A program made the position numbers and the translations under genes. A stretch of DNA of 64,000 nt from positions 92,444,001 to 92,508,000 of the forward strand of contig NC_087437.1 of the NCBI RefSeq assembly GCF_036321535.1, written 5' to 3'. Position 1 is the first letter of the stretch. Every line of letters starts with the position of its first letter. Shown here in pieces: positions 11,927 through 23,336 of this stretch. The notes beneath the pieces are model-generated. The model did no database searches and had not been told where the DNA came from. It saw only the letters and a program-made list of their open reading frames with translations. This DNA comes from Camelus dromedarius. Lineage: Eukaryota.

Positions 11927-12568
11927 TTTGCTAAAAACAAAGGCAGCCCCTCCTCTATATGAGGAGTGGAGAGGTTAAACGCTAACTGTCCTGAGACATC
12001 CCGCCAATGAAGCTTTATAATCAGGACTGCCAAAAAGTATATGCCGTCCATGGCTTTGGCAAATGGGAAGTCATTTTCACTTCACATTCCAATTAGGATG
12101 TTCTATCCCCCCCCCCAAAAAAAAACAGCAACATCCCCCCATCCCACACTGTCCTGTGACATGTTGATGTATACACTGCTTCAATTCACAATATTCAACT
12201 CAAAAGAGATAGTGCCACAGCTCCAGTTATCCTTCCTGGGATATAGAAGCAAAGCTAGAATTTAGCAGTAGGCAGTACACCATGTAAGAAGGAAAATCCT
12301 CTTTAGCAGTGATGTTGTTCTCCCATATAACATTAAGGACGCTGGTGTAGGCAAATGTGACCTCAGTGTAATACACTTAAAGAAAGACTGGCAGCATTTG
12401 AGGAATTCTAGAAAAAGGTCATTGTGCACTGGACAAGAATATTACTGTTCCAGCCATACTGGCTTAAGGATTTCCAAAGAACAAATTGGGAAATCATACT
12501 ACTGAGAAGAGTGTGAGAAATTTTATTAGCATACCACTGCACAGAATCTGTAATTTGTTGTTGTTATG
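11927..12568 (-). pseudogene. Fossil exon
   Basis: Acceptor ttattaatttcag. QQQITDSVQWYANKI/YDFPICSLEILKPVWLEQ*YSCPVHNDLFLEFLKCCQSFF/YYTEVTFAYTSVLNVIWENNITAKEDFPSYMVYCLLLNSSFASISQEG*LELWHYLF*VEYCELKQ...IEHPNWNVK*K*LPICQSHGRHILFGSPDYKASLAGCLRTVSV*PLHSSYRGGAAFVFSK. Confidence 0.78.
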
Positions 12569-12708
12569 CTGAAATTAATAAAGTAGTAAAGTTATACTGT
12601 GTATTATATAAAGCTGATTTTAGAGTATAGCATGACTTTAAAAAAAAAATCTGTATTGTCATCATAAAGTTCTGAATCAACTAAACCCTCCAGATAAACT
12701 ATAGATAC

Positions 12709-12826
12709 CTATACCAATTGGATGCTGACAACAATTATTAGGAGCCTACTTCAGAAAGTACTGTTTAAAGAGGGCTGTCGGTTTGCTTATTTCTTTGTGT
12801 GTGATGTCACACATTACATAAACCAC
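12709..12826 (-). pseudogene. Fossil exon
   Basis: Acceptor cccacctcattgcccagcag, donor AG|gtatct. 118 nt, phase 0>1: VVYVMCDITHKEISKPTALFKQYFLK*APNNCCQHPIGI. Confidence 0.7.
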
Positions 12827-12974
12827 CTGCTGGGCAATGAGGTGGGGGGATTAAAAAGGGATTAATGCACACTATCTCCTGCACTCAGAAGCTCACAATC
12901 TAGCTTTGAGTCTTTGAGAACACTGATTTCTCAGTTGAAACTGGCACCAGACTTAGAAAAAGGACTAGAAGAGT

Positions 12975-13230
12975 AACAGTACTAAACATACCTAGCACTT
13001 TATAGTTTTTCCTGTGCCTCAGGTTCAGAGCTAAGTGCTTAACCTAAATATGCTTGTCTAATTATCACAACAAACCTATCTATGAGCTAGCAATCACTGT
13101 AAATGCAAATGAGGAAAGTGAGGCACAGATAAGTTACTGCCATTGGGAATACAGCTAGGAAGCAGGAAAAATGGGCCTTGAAACCAGCCAGTCTGGTTCC
13201 AATGTGAGAGCCCTTAACCACTACACTATC
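12975..13230 (-). mobile_element. MIR
   Basis: aaatgaggaaagtgaggcacagataagtta...cttgaaaccagccagtctggttcca...cttaaccactacact. Confidence 0.8.
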
Positions 13231-13245
13231 AAACGCTCTTGGCAC

Positions 13246-13345
13246 CTTTAAAGTACTTTGGAGAGCATATTCAATGTCCTTCTAAGCTGGTATTCCCATT
13301 ATCTTACAGTCTATATTACCAAGAGTTCTATAAGAGCATTTCAGT
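13246..13345 (-). pseudogene. Fossil exon
   Basis: Acceptor tcttttatag, donor AAG|gtgcca. 100 nt, phase 2>0: LKCSYRTLGNIDCKIMGIPA*KDIEYALQSTLK. Confidence 0.7.
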
Positions 13346-14268
13346 CTATAAAAGATTTTATTTATTATACAACTCACATCAGAATAAATTACCTAGGACA
13401 TTTTAATGTAGCTAAACATAGGAAATAGTTTTTTGGTACATAGTCTGAACAAGAGGAATGTTTTCCTTCACTGACTCTGAAATGTGATTTAAATGTATGA
13501 GCGGTCCAACAAGGCTAATTTTCAAGCTGTTACATGTTTGAACCCTAAATTTGAAATGTATTAGTAAACTATAAGAGCACTTTTATAATACCCCTTAGAT
13601 TTTGAGCATTTTTTTCTCTTCCCTTAGCTTATTCCCTGTTCTGCTTCTTTTCAGAATATTTTTCACATTCAAAATGTTTTTTTTTCTAACTTCAAGGAGT
13701 TTACAATCTAGTTGAGAAGATTTGGAAACAACAATAAAAGACTTAGGAGTCTAAAAATATACTTTATGCTATAGGGATTAAGAAAAGACCAAAATGTAGC
13801 AAAGTAGTTAAGGATAAAATTAAGATTGAATTTACTGAACATTGAAGTCTTGCAATGCAGACAAATATACAGAAGATTGAAAAATACCACTGGAAATAAA
13901 ACAGCAATGGATAGAGGAAAAAAGCATTTTACACTGTGATGTAAAAACCCCTAGGCTTATATTGGTCACATAGAACCAGATTGCTAAGGGCTATAAAAAT
14001 ATTTCAAAGAATTAAAGGCCAGTTATCAAAACTTTAAAAATTACCAATAATTTCAGTATAAAATGTTTACACACACACTATATCTCTATAAATATCATCA
14101 TTTATATAAAATTATATTAATTGATATAATTTTTTCATAAAACACTATCGTGTGCATTATAAATATATACAAATTTAGAAATTAAAATTATTGCATAGGG
14201 AAGAGTAAAGAAATATTTTAAAATATGAAGCTATACATGATGTTATCATTAGCTAAAATTCCACTTAC

Positions 14269-14716
14269 ACTTAGGGAAACTTTTGCAGCTGTAAAAAATA
14301 TCCAATAACCCTCTTGAGAATTGCTATTTGGGCACTCAATTCTTGTCAGACAGCACTGTGTTTATAAAATGTATATTAATGACATACTGGCTAAATTCAT
14401 AAATAGTGCTGGGTGTAATGTTAGATCTGCTTATTTCTTGTTTAACTATGCTGACTCAGTCTGGTACCCAGAGGAATCACTGAAGACAACATTAACACTT
14501 TATAATGATAATTTCATTGAAAATATGTAATATACATATAAAACCCTCTTCAATGGACACAGTTCAGTTATAATACATAGAAACACACCTAGAGCAAACA
14601 AAAGGGTGGAGGCATCACTGTCAATCCCTCTGTGTTGTGAAAACCTCAACCATCCCTCGGGATGCCTTTGATACTTCGTGTGACACAGGCAACAGCATTG
14701 ACATTTATGTAACTTA
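14269..14716 (-). pseudogene. Fossil exon
   Basis: Acceptor atcctttatcag, consensus donor gtaagt. KLHKCQCCCLCHTKYQRHPEGWLRFSQHRGIDSDASTLLFALGVF.../VSIVKQEISRSNITPSTIYEFSQYVIN/AV*QELSAQIAILKRVIGYFLQLQKFP. Confidence 0.7.
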
Positions 14717-15026
14717 CTGATAAAGGATAATTATAGATTTTTAAGTCAAAATGTTGATGTAAAGATAAATTCTAATGTTTCTTTTCCACACCAATGGAAT
14801 AGACTGGGTAACCAGAATTTAAGTCATCCAAATTTAACATCAAACTTTAAAAGGAAACAATATAAGACATGTAGGTGACTATGGCTTCAGACAACAGAGA
14901 GTAAGTATAAGAAATTTACAAGGAGACAGATAGCATCTCCTGTTAAAAACTGTCTGGTATGATTTGATAGAGAAGTGCAAAGGAAAAAGAAAATCTGAGT
15001 GAGGAAATATGGCTGACTATTGATAC

Positions 15027-15369
15027 CTGCCTGACTGTGCTTCGCTTTGCCCCATTTTCTCCTGTTTTTTTAGTTTTGCTAAGATTGCTGATACTAGCAT
15101 AGCTTCCTCTAGGTTTGCAAGGAATGTTGAACCCCGTTTATAATTTTACCCTGGGATCTCAAATTTAGAGTCATATTAAATCAAGACATAAATTAAATTA
15201 TAGAGAAAATCTTTAAAATGATATAAACCACAAAGACAAAAAGACTAGAAGATGATCCTCATGCAGAAAACAACAGTGACTGGGCTATGCCAAGTGACTT
15301 CGGATTTGGGGCAAGTTGGAGGAACAAGTTTGGTTCTTCCCCAGAGTGAACAAAGACATTTTTAATGAA
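15027..15369 (-). pseudogene. Fossil exon
   Basis: FIKNVFVHSGEEPNLFLQLAPNPKSLGIAQSLLFS/...YDSKFEIPG*NYKRGSTFLANLEEAMLVSAILAKLKKQEKMGQSEAQSG; donor CAG|gtatca (phase 2); acceptor decayed. Confidence 0.65.
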
Positions 15370-16243
15370 ATGTAGGGAAGGGGAAGACGTAATGTTAGGT
15401 TTTAGAATAATTAATTTAGACTAATTAATTTAGTAAGATTAACTTAGACAAAATTTAGAAAGGAAACAAAAAGGTTCAGGAGAGTCATAAATTACTAAGA
15501 GATCCTTAAACATATAGCAGAGGAAGAAAAAGAAGGGAAAAAAGAATATGGAAAGGAGAAAGATAAACTCTAGACTTAGAACCATATTTAGAACCAGACT
15601 AAGAATGGGACCTTCTTGAACCCTTTTGATATGTATGTTAAATTGAAATGGGAAACAATTCTTTTTTTTAAGCCCATCAATAGGTGAGATCTAATTTCTC
15701 TCCATTTTATGACTCAGTATACCAATGAAATTTGGCAGAAGCGATGTTCTGGGATTGCTAATACGAAGTCAAAAGAAGCATTGCATGTTCCATCTGGCTC
15801 TCATAGCACACTCACCAGAATTGGCATTCTGGTGGAAGTTAGTTAACCACCTTGACCTAGATTCTAGAATAAGACTATTAAGGAAAAAAAATTTAATGTA
15901 CTTTATGTATTTTGAGGATGTTAATGAAGTTGTGACTCTAACAATCCCCACCCTCTTTCCTATTAGATGTTGGAAACAGAAATTAACAATACATAATGAG
16001 TTATAATGCTTTTTTAAAGAACGTAGTTGAGTAAATCTATTTTCTCCTGAAAATTACCATCTTTATTAACGTAAGTTTAGAATTCTACAACTGAGATTTG
16101 AACACTAGGCATCACATTTTTTCAGTCTGATGTAAACATTTGTTTTTAAAGTATACATTAAAAAATGTTAAAAAGTTAAAGCCAAGTTTTATTCTATAAA
16201 ATATTTCCTTTGTTCACTCTGATGGAAGTAATTCATATACTAC

Positions 16244-16365
16244 CAGGAAATGTGTAACAAAATATAATTTGCCAATATTTAACACTGCAAAGTGTGAAAT
16301 ATTATTCAGATGTATAAATGTCCTACTGGGGATGATGATTATTGCAGTAGGGTAGAATTTCCCAA
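16244..16365 (-). pseudogene. Possible fossil exon
   Basis: Open frame GKFYPTAIIIIPSRTFIHLNNISHFAVLNIGKLYFVTHFL between ttttaag and gtagta; splice signals weak. Confidence 0.4.
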
Positions 16366-16550
16366 CTTAAAAGTTTTATTTTCAAATGTTTTGTAAAGCT
16401 AAAAAGCACAGGGTAATTTAACATAGATATGTAGTACCTCAAAGAATAACAGAATGTAGATACCACTCATGCCTACCCTAGCCTCCTTTTTGTCTGTTCT
16501 CCATCTCATCTGCTGCTGAAACCAATTACATCAGAGTTCTCTGTGTATGG

Positions 16551-16739
16551 CAATGTTTTTCAAAGTGTAGCTCATGAACTTCTCATGGCCTATGAAATAA
16601 ATTCAGTAGCAAATGTTACCTATACTACTACTAACAATAATAATAATTTTTAGTTTCATAATAATAATATGTTAAATATAGAATAAGTAATAGAGTGAAT
16701 CATAGTAACTGCAACTGTGGCTTCATGACACTTCTGCTT

Positions 16740-16785
<46 letters not shown>

Positions 16786-16851
16786 ATCTCATGTATACTG
16801 TAAGTGAATATACTTGAGTAAGAAATAGTCAAGAAAACATGAAAGCCACTG
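16551..16851. mobile_element. hAT-Charlie non-autonomous element (MER112/MER113-like; subfamily uncertain)
   Basis: Inverted termini caatgtttttcaaa...tgaaagccactg; internal tagagtgaatcatagtaa and a (GT)n expansion. Confidence 0.7.
16742..16782. repeat. (GT)n microsatellite
   Basis: About 20 perfect GT units. Confidence 0.95.
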
Positions 16852-18801
16852 TATTGAAGAATGACAACAAGTTGAACTGGATATTCTGCCTATTGTAGAA
16901 GTAGAACTTGTGCCAAAGCCAAGAGTTCACTGAATGAAAACCAGTTGATGTTCTTTCCCAAGTTGCTTGTTCTTAGAGAGGAAAGCTATTGCCACTTATT
17001 CTTAAGCATGATTTAGTCTATTTCTGTACTTCAGATAGTCAAAGAGACTATTTTCAGTGTTGGTTTGATATTAAATGATTCACAACTTCAATCCAGTAAT
17101 CTTCAGACTAGTTATAAAGCTCTTGGAAGTGTAATCATGTTTCAAATATTTTTACCCCTTTCAAGACAGAAGCTAGCCAGCAGAAAAATCCCCAGAACCA
17201 AAGAAGGAGGAAGAAGCAGGTATGTCATCCCAGATCTAGTCAAGGGCTCCAGAATAGCTTAGCTGGTTCAACATGCCCTTTATAATAAAGGCACAAAACT
17301 AAAGAACAAAGTCAGTAATGAGAAATGTTATATGAATTAAACAGAAAGGAGTTTTTATGAGAGAATAGAAGATAATAAATTCAGATAAACTCAATTTAGG
17401 CTACTAAGCAGATGTCAACACTGAAATACATTTCAAAATGAAAGATAGAGGTAAGCTTCAACAAAAATATATGAAGTTCTGGCTTTGAAGAGGTTATGTA
17501 AGTCTGGATTCACTCATTTATTTTCTGCTCAACAAATATTAAAGACTAAATATCCCAAGGAGAATATAATGAAGAAAATTCCAACTTTAAGGAAGTTTTT
17601 ATTTTAAAAATGACAGAAAAATGAGCCAAATAAATGTAATCCCAGTAAAGCCTCGCTACCTGCAGTCTAGTCTGAGCTTCATGTAAAACTTAAAGGAATG
17701 CCCACCAGGTCAAACTCTAACAAGGATTTGAAAAGCATTATAAATATTGACTGCTCTTTAAAAAAAATGCAAATGTAATTTATTATAAAACTCATTGTGT
17801 AATTTATCATAGGTTATAAAAACTTTTGCATCATATATTCAAGTCTTTTTTCTTTTCTATAAAGTCTCCAAAACTTACCCAAAACAAGCACATACTGATT
17901 TCAATCTCTCTTCTCTCATCTTCAGATCTATTAACTTATCTGACTGAGACTGTAATTGCTTATTTAAAATCAATCAATACTATAAATATGTATACATATT
18001 TCCTGTCCCATGTAAAAAAAAGAAAATACAATATGGAAAATACAATAAGAAAATGATCTACTAATATAAATAAAAAGCACTGAAAACAAACAAACAAACA
18101 AAGTTGACAGAGAGAAGATTCATTCAGTGCCAGAGGCATTAATGTAAATTATGGTAAGATTCAAAATGGGTATTTCCAATGAATACTTTCAAATGTTGGG
18201 TAGAAACCAGAGAGAGGCCACAGTTGAAAAATACCTGGACTTGTAAGGATAGGGAAGTATTCTTTATATCACAAGCTGTGTGATGTTGCAAACAGTGAGA
18301 GTTTTGTTGATGAAAAGGTGAGTCTTTAGGAAGATCCTGGGAAACAACTCCTAAGTGGAGAGGACAAAGAGAATGAGCCAGTTAACAGATGGCAAGAGGA
18401 AAAGAAGAGGGAATAATTCTGTGTCACATAATAAGGGAGATTAGGAAATAACAGAAGCCACAAAAAGATCAAGAAGTTCAATGATGTATAGGGCTATTTG
18501 ATACATACCAAGGCTATTCTTGTGCTAAGGGTAACAAATTTCCTTTGCAACATATAAGAAATGGTATCAGAAAATTGTTCATTTTTCCCCAAACATTAAC
18601 AATTTAGCCTATTTTTGAGAAAAGTGATTGTAGGATACAAACTATCTGCTAAGACTAAAATAAAAATTGAAATATAGCAATACCATACTCTATGAATGTA
18701 CTTGGGGGATTTTGTGTCTGTCTGCTTTCTTGTTTTTACTTGTTGTTTATGTTTTTTTAAAATTAAGATTAGCTATCAAAGAATGAAAGATGTAAAATTA
18801 C

Positions 18802-19289
18802 TCCTAAAGAAGTCTGCTTAGAAAATAACATGAACAATTGTTTCACTGACTCAAAATTGTTAGTGAATATTTCCTGAGAAAGAATTAATGGAGACATAGG
18901 AATTACTCCTGTTTTTTTTTTTTTTTTTGCTTTAGGTAAGCATAAGTAAATATAATTCAGTATCCCATTCTGTATCAAATAATAATTGGCAAAGATCATC
19001 AATTACCTCTGTCTGTCCCCCTTTTCTTACTCTTTCTTCATATGGATTAATGAATGCTAGAAATTGATAATATTCTAATACGTGAAATACTCAATTTAAG
19101 CAACAAAGTAATTTCTTATCTGAAAATATCACTTCTCTGACTTATCAAAATCAGTGACCCCCTCAGGTTATCAGATGGACTTTTAGAAAATCAATATAGC
19201 TGAGCGACTCTCATGGGGGATCTAACAGTTAAGGAATGTAAAATGACATTTGCTGAATTTCATTCACCAGAGTGAGTCAAAGCATAAGG
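18802..19289 (-). pseudogene. Fossil exon
   Basis: LTLVNEIQQMSFYIP*LLDPP*ESLSYIDFLKVHL/.../HVLEYYQFLAFINPYEERV/EVIDDLCQLLFDTEWDTELYLLMLT/TGVIPMSPLILSQEIFTNNFESVKQLFMLFSKQTSLG|gtaatt (phase 0, matches next exon). Confidence 0.65.
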
Positions 19290-19381
19290 CCAGGTAAGAA
19301 GAGGGAGAAATAAGGAATACTTTCTCCTAATCAAAGTAAACATAAGAGACTGCAGCTGAGAACCTAGTGTAGCAAACTAAC

Positions 19382-19582
19382 TTTTCTTATTTTTTCCCTC
19401 TGTGTTCAGGCTTAGTTAGCTGAGCTGGTCTGAGTCAATTTTAAGATTCACTGGATTACTAGGTAGCACTGAACTAACCAATTGACTGAAGAATATTTGT
19501 TCTTGGTAAACAAGGGACCAGGCACTAGAAAGTGAAAAGTTCACTACTATTGGACAAGCAATTTCAACATGTTCTACAATAA
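19382..19582 (-). pseudogene. Fossil exon
   Basis: Acceptor tatatacag, donor gttagt. IVEHVEIACPIVVNFSLSSAWSLVYQEQIFFSQLVSSVLPSNPVNLKIDSDQLS*LSLNTEGKNKK. Confidence 0.6.
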
Positions 19583-19692
19583 CTGTATATATTTAAAAAA
19601 TACTATATTATTTTATGCACTGTGTGTTATTTGCACACAAAAGTTAACTTCTGTGATTAAATGTTTTATTGACAAAATGGTTATATGGATAC

Positions 19693-20508
19693 ATTCTCAT
19701 GGTTTATTGACCCTTTTTTTGAAAATGTCATCTCTCAATTTCTTCTTTTAAAAAAAAAAAATCTTGCTCTTATGTTAGCTTTTGAGGTCCTTCTTTTTCA
19801 CATTAGCTTAGTTTTGTCTTTCCAAACCTTTGGTTTTGCCTCAGTGGGATTCAAAATTTTCAAGTTTTATATCTGTCTTAATGTATTAACCTTATAAAGC
19901 TTCTGTATCTATCTGTTCCTTTGGAGATCAGATTGTCAACTATAGTTGCAACTCTCAATGAATCTACTTTCTTAAAACTTCTATTAGCACCAGTAACTTA
20001 TAGTTCAGTAATTACTCTCCTATTTCACTTTTATTTCCATATGATTTTCCCTAATACTTAACCAGAATCCAAATGATTGAGATAACTATGTTCAAAAATC
20101 AACAGTGAAAACTGTTTACCCTCATTGAGGTATAATGGTTTTAGCAAGATTTTGTAGTTATTCTTAAAAAGTATATAAACCTGCCTGGTGCATATCATAC
20201 ATCTCAAATGATTCTAGATTTAAACTTGAGGTTGCATAACAGACATCAATTCTGTTGAAACTTGCTAACAAAGAACCCATATCTATGTAACCAGAAAAAG
20301 GATTTAATACTTGTTTTCAGTCTCATCTCCAATGTTCTTATTTCAGCAATCTTCCCTTCAGTAAGCATGAAGTCATTCCAAAACTATTTATTGTCAGATG
20401 CATTTTCTTTTGGTTCATAAATAAATTAATTTATTCAAAAAAATATCCAGTTTCTCTCAAACTAATGCATTATCTTTCTGCATACCAGTATTGAAATTGT
20501 GAATTTAC
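19693..20508 (-). pseudogene. Fossil large exon (ends approximate)
   Basis: IHNFNTGMQKDNALV*EKLDIFLNK/YEPKENASDNK*FWNDFMLTEGKIAEI/VLNPFSGYIDMGSLLASFNRIDVCYATSSLNLESFEMYDMHQAGLYTF; A-rich on the minus strand; multiple frameshifts. Confidence 0.55.
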
Positions 20509-21126
20509 CAGAAAAAAAAAAGAACTTGAGAAATAATAGCTAAAAAGTAACTGTCACATTTGACCCTCACACCAAAAAGCCCAACAATTTGCTCTCTTAG
20601 ATGAGGGGAGGGGAAATAATGTGTAATAATAGCATCAGTTCTTAAAAACTCATTAATTCATTCACCCATACAATGAGCTGTTGTTAAGCATTTCCAGATA
20701 CTCGAACAAATAAATGGATCATCATATCCTGAGAAAAGTGTTCTGAAGAAATGATGATGATTCCACAAGACATTGTTTTAAAATCTTGACTCACTTTGGG
20801 AGGGAGAACAGGAAAGCTTTCTCAAAAAGCAGTAATTGTGCTGGATTTGGGGAGTGAAGTTATTACTTTAACAAAGTTACCCCAATTACATTTCCTTACA
20901 CAAAAAGCATAACTTTCTAAAGAATTCACAACACAATACTAGTAAGGAAGGTTAAAAAGAAATGGTAATATAACCAAGGACACTTTCAGCTGCAAGTATG
21001 AGAACACTATTCTGATTAGGCTAAAAACAAGCAACAGGATGTTAATAGTTGAGATGTGGCTGTTGAATCCTACTGTCAAGATTAGTGTCCTCGTTCCTCT
21101 TGTGAAGTCCTCAATTCAGTACTTAT

Positions 21127-21550
21127 TGTGGTAGACACAGTGATACACCACCCAGATCCCCCCTCAGTGAGGACTTGATGCCCCATCTGTGAAGACTGCC
21201 CCTGACGGCAGCCTTCAATTGTTAGTGCCTCAAGTGAAGAGATCTGCTTTGTCTAAAGTCCCACCCTCTTCCCAAGCTGGCCCAAACCCAATGATGAAGT
21301 GAGCTATAAGGAACCAATCTCTTGCTCCAACAGCACCTCTCTGAAGTAGAGTTATAGCCCCAGGGCTCCCAGAGACAATTCCAAGACTGTCTTCAGGTCT
21401 GCACTGCAGCTCGACTTCTCTCTCTGCCCATGTGTACATGCTTCCCTTCCTTTCCACAGATACTGGTCTCAAGAGCATCCTTAATAAACAGCCTGAATGC
21501 TGAACTCCATAGAGGGGGCTGTTTGCTGGGAAAGGCCATCTGTCACTTAC
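21127..21550 (+). mobile_element. LTR16-family ERVL solo LTR
   Basis: tgtggtagacacagtgatacaccacccagatccccc...ccttaataaacagcctgaatgc. Confidence 0.75.
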
Positions 21551-21795
21551 ACTCTGTGACCTCTGTTTTCCTATCTATTAAAAGAGAATAATAGAACCCT
21601 TCTCCCTGGATTGTTATGAAATTTCAGGAAGAAAATTCACAGAAAGAATTTAGTCTGATTATGTCTATAGTCTGTTCATTTTATTTAAGGTGATGATGAC
21701 TATGATGATTGGGGAAGAGAAACTGGGATATACAGGTATGGTTGAATCCAGGATTCCAAATGGTATCATTATCTTCTAGCACATTCTTGCTCTTT

Positions 21796-21797
<2 letters not shown>

Positions 21798-21840
<43 letters not shown>
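21798..21840. repeat. (GT)n microsatellite
   Basis: About 21 perfect GT units. Confidence 0.95.
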
Positions 21841-21842
<2 letters not shown>

Positions 21843-22032
21843 AATGAGCAACCATATGTTCTTAGTTAACTCATGTGTTTGCCTCATTTGTTTTAACTAC
21901 CAACCAGCATCATTCATGTAGTAGGAAGAGGCCAGACATGAATTGAAACACAAATCTCTTCTTTCTCCCTTATTCAGAAGGGACATACTTTGATTTTAAG
22001 CCTGGCCTGGGTCATATAATGTTACTTATTAC

Positions 22033-22215
22033 CCTCTAGCCTTTATCTACCCTCCAGATAAAATCTATCTAAAATATTGACAGGGTCAAAATTTTACTGA
22101 AAGTTAAAGTGTCCTTTTTGAAATGTTCGTATTCCAGGAAGAGCTGGTTCTTTATATCATTTAAGAGATGAATGAAACTTTTACTTTTTCTCAGATCTTC
22201 TCCTGAGAGTAGACA
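22033..22215 (-). pseudogene. Fossil exon
   Basis: Strong acceptor ctctctgctttattctctgtcag, phase 0: CLLSGEDLRKSKSFIHLLNDIKNQLFLEYEHFKKDTLTF/NFDPVNILDRFYLEGR*RLE; donor G|gtaata. Confidence 0.72.
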
Positions 22216-22574
22216 CTGACAGAGAATAAAGCAGAGAGAAATGAAGGGTACCATAGGGGAGGGCTGGAAATACGGGGAAGAAAAAAGAACTAAGAATCTT
22301 AAAACTCCTGAAGATGCATGCCCTCTACTTTATAGTATGAAACTGGGCCAGTGTTAACATCCCAGTAACAAATATAAATATTTTAGGCATAAATATGCCC
22401 TTCCTTGAGGTGACATCAAAACTGATTTTACTGTTATAAAGGACAGTAACACTTAACCTATTCAGAAGATGTTTATCTATCTGTTGGCGATTTGGAAAAC
22501 AGTCAATAAAATAATGTAACAAAATGGAAAAATATACATAAAAGTATTAATACTTTTTTCCTTTCTGTACCCAC

Positions 22575-22753
22575 AAAGTGAGGACACTGGAGGAGAAAGG
22601 CAATAGTACAAGAGAACTCAAGAACCCTGAATTGACATCATCAGTTCATCATCAATTCAAGAACCTGGAAGAGATCGCTGCCCATTCATACAGACACTGA
22701 CAGATCCGAGAAAGGTGAAATCACAATCTCTGGACGTAGAAACTCGAATTTAT
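22575..22753 (-). pseudogene. Fossil exon
   Basis: 179 nt, phase 1>0, no frameshift: KFEFLRPEIVISPFSDLSVSV*MGSDLFQVLELMMN**CQFRVLEFSCTIAFLLQCPHF|gtgggt. All three stops are TGA, compatible with CGA>TGA decay. Confidence 0.75.
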
Positions 22754-23336
22754 CTTTCAAAAATAAAAATTCCTAACTTATAAAATATTTTTATCTTGGA
22801 CTCTGGCAGTTTGGCTTTCTATCTCAGTAAATCCTGTAATTTAAATTGTCTGTCAGAATAAGGCAGCCTCAGGTTAAAAAATAAGTCCTTATTTCATTCA
22901 CACTTTTATCTAAGCACCCAAATCTCAATTAGCTTTTTGCACTTGCCTCTTGCCTCAACCTTCTGTCTACTTAGATAGACAAGTCTGTTTTTTTTTCTTT
23001 TTAATTATCAAAACTATTAAACATAATTAGGACTCTAGAAGAAAATGATTAAAGTAATTATTATCCAACCATCCTACTATAACTTTTTCTGTCACTTTAG
23101 TATATTATTTACTGTCATTTTCTTCTCAATGCATATTCTTATTGTCACTGAATGACATTGTGAATCCTGTGTTTTCTACCTAACATCTTCTAATGGGCAT
23201 TTACTTATGTATTTACCAAGGCTTCATAACCAAGTTTTAATGGTCACAATTATTCTATCAAAGTTATTATTATTTTCCTAATTTCCCATTATTAGACAGT
23301 TTCATGTTTTCCAACATTCATAATGGTGGTTAATAC

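Larger units (their letters stand above)
16465..17298 (-). pseudogene. Fossil exon split by hAT-Charlie MITE
   Basis: Acceptor ctgactttgttctttag. FCAFIIKGMLNQLSYSGALD*IWDDIP/...LHFQELYN*SEDYWIEVVNHLIS/TENSLFDYLKYRNRLNHA/NINWFSFSELLALAQVLLLQ*AEYPVQLVVILQ [MITE] ...LVSAADEMENRQK; 3' end approximate. Confidence 0.68.

Noticed and set aside
12150..12400. Superficial resemblance of YYTEVTFAYTSVLN...LWHYLF to a viral polymerase (endogenous viral element)
   Set aside because: The block is part of a phase-consistent spliced structure and I found no RdRp motifs.
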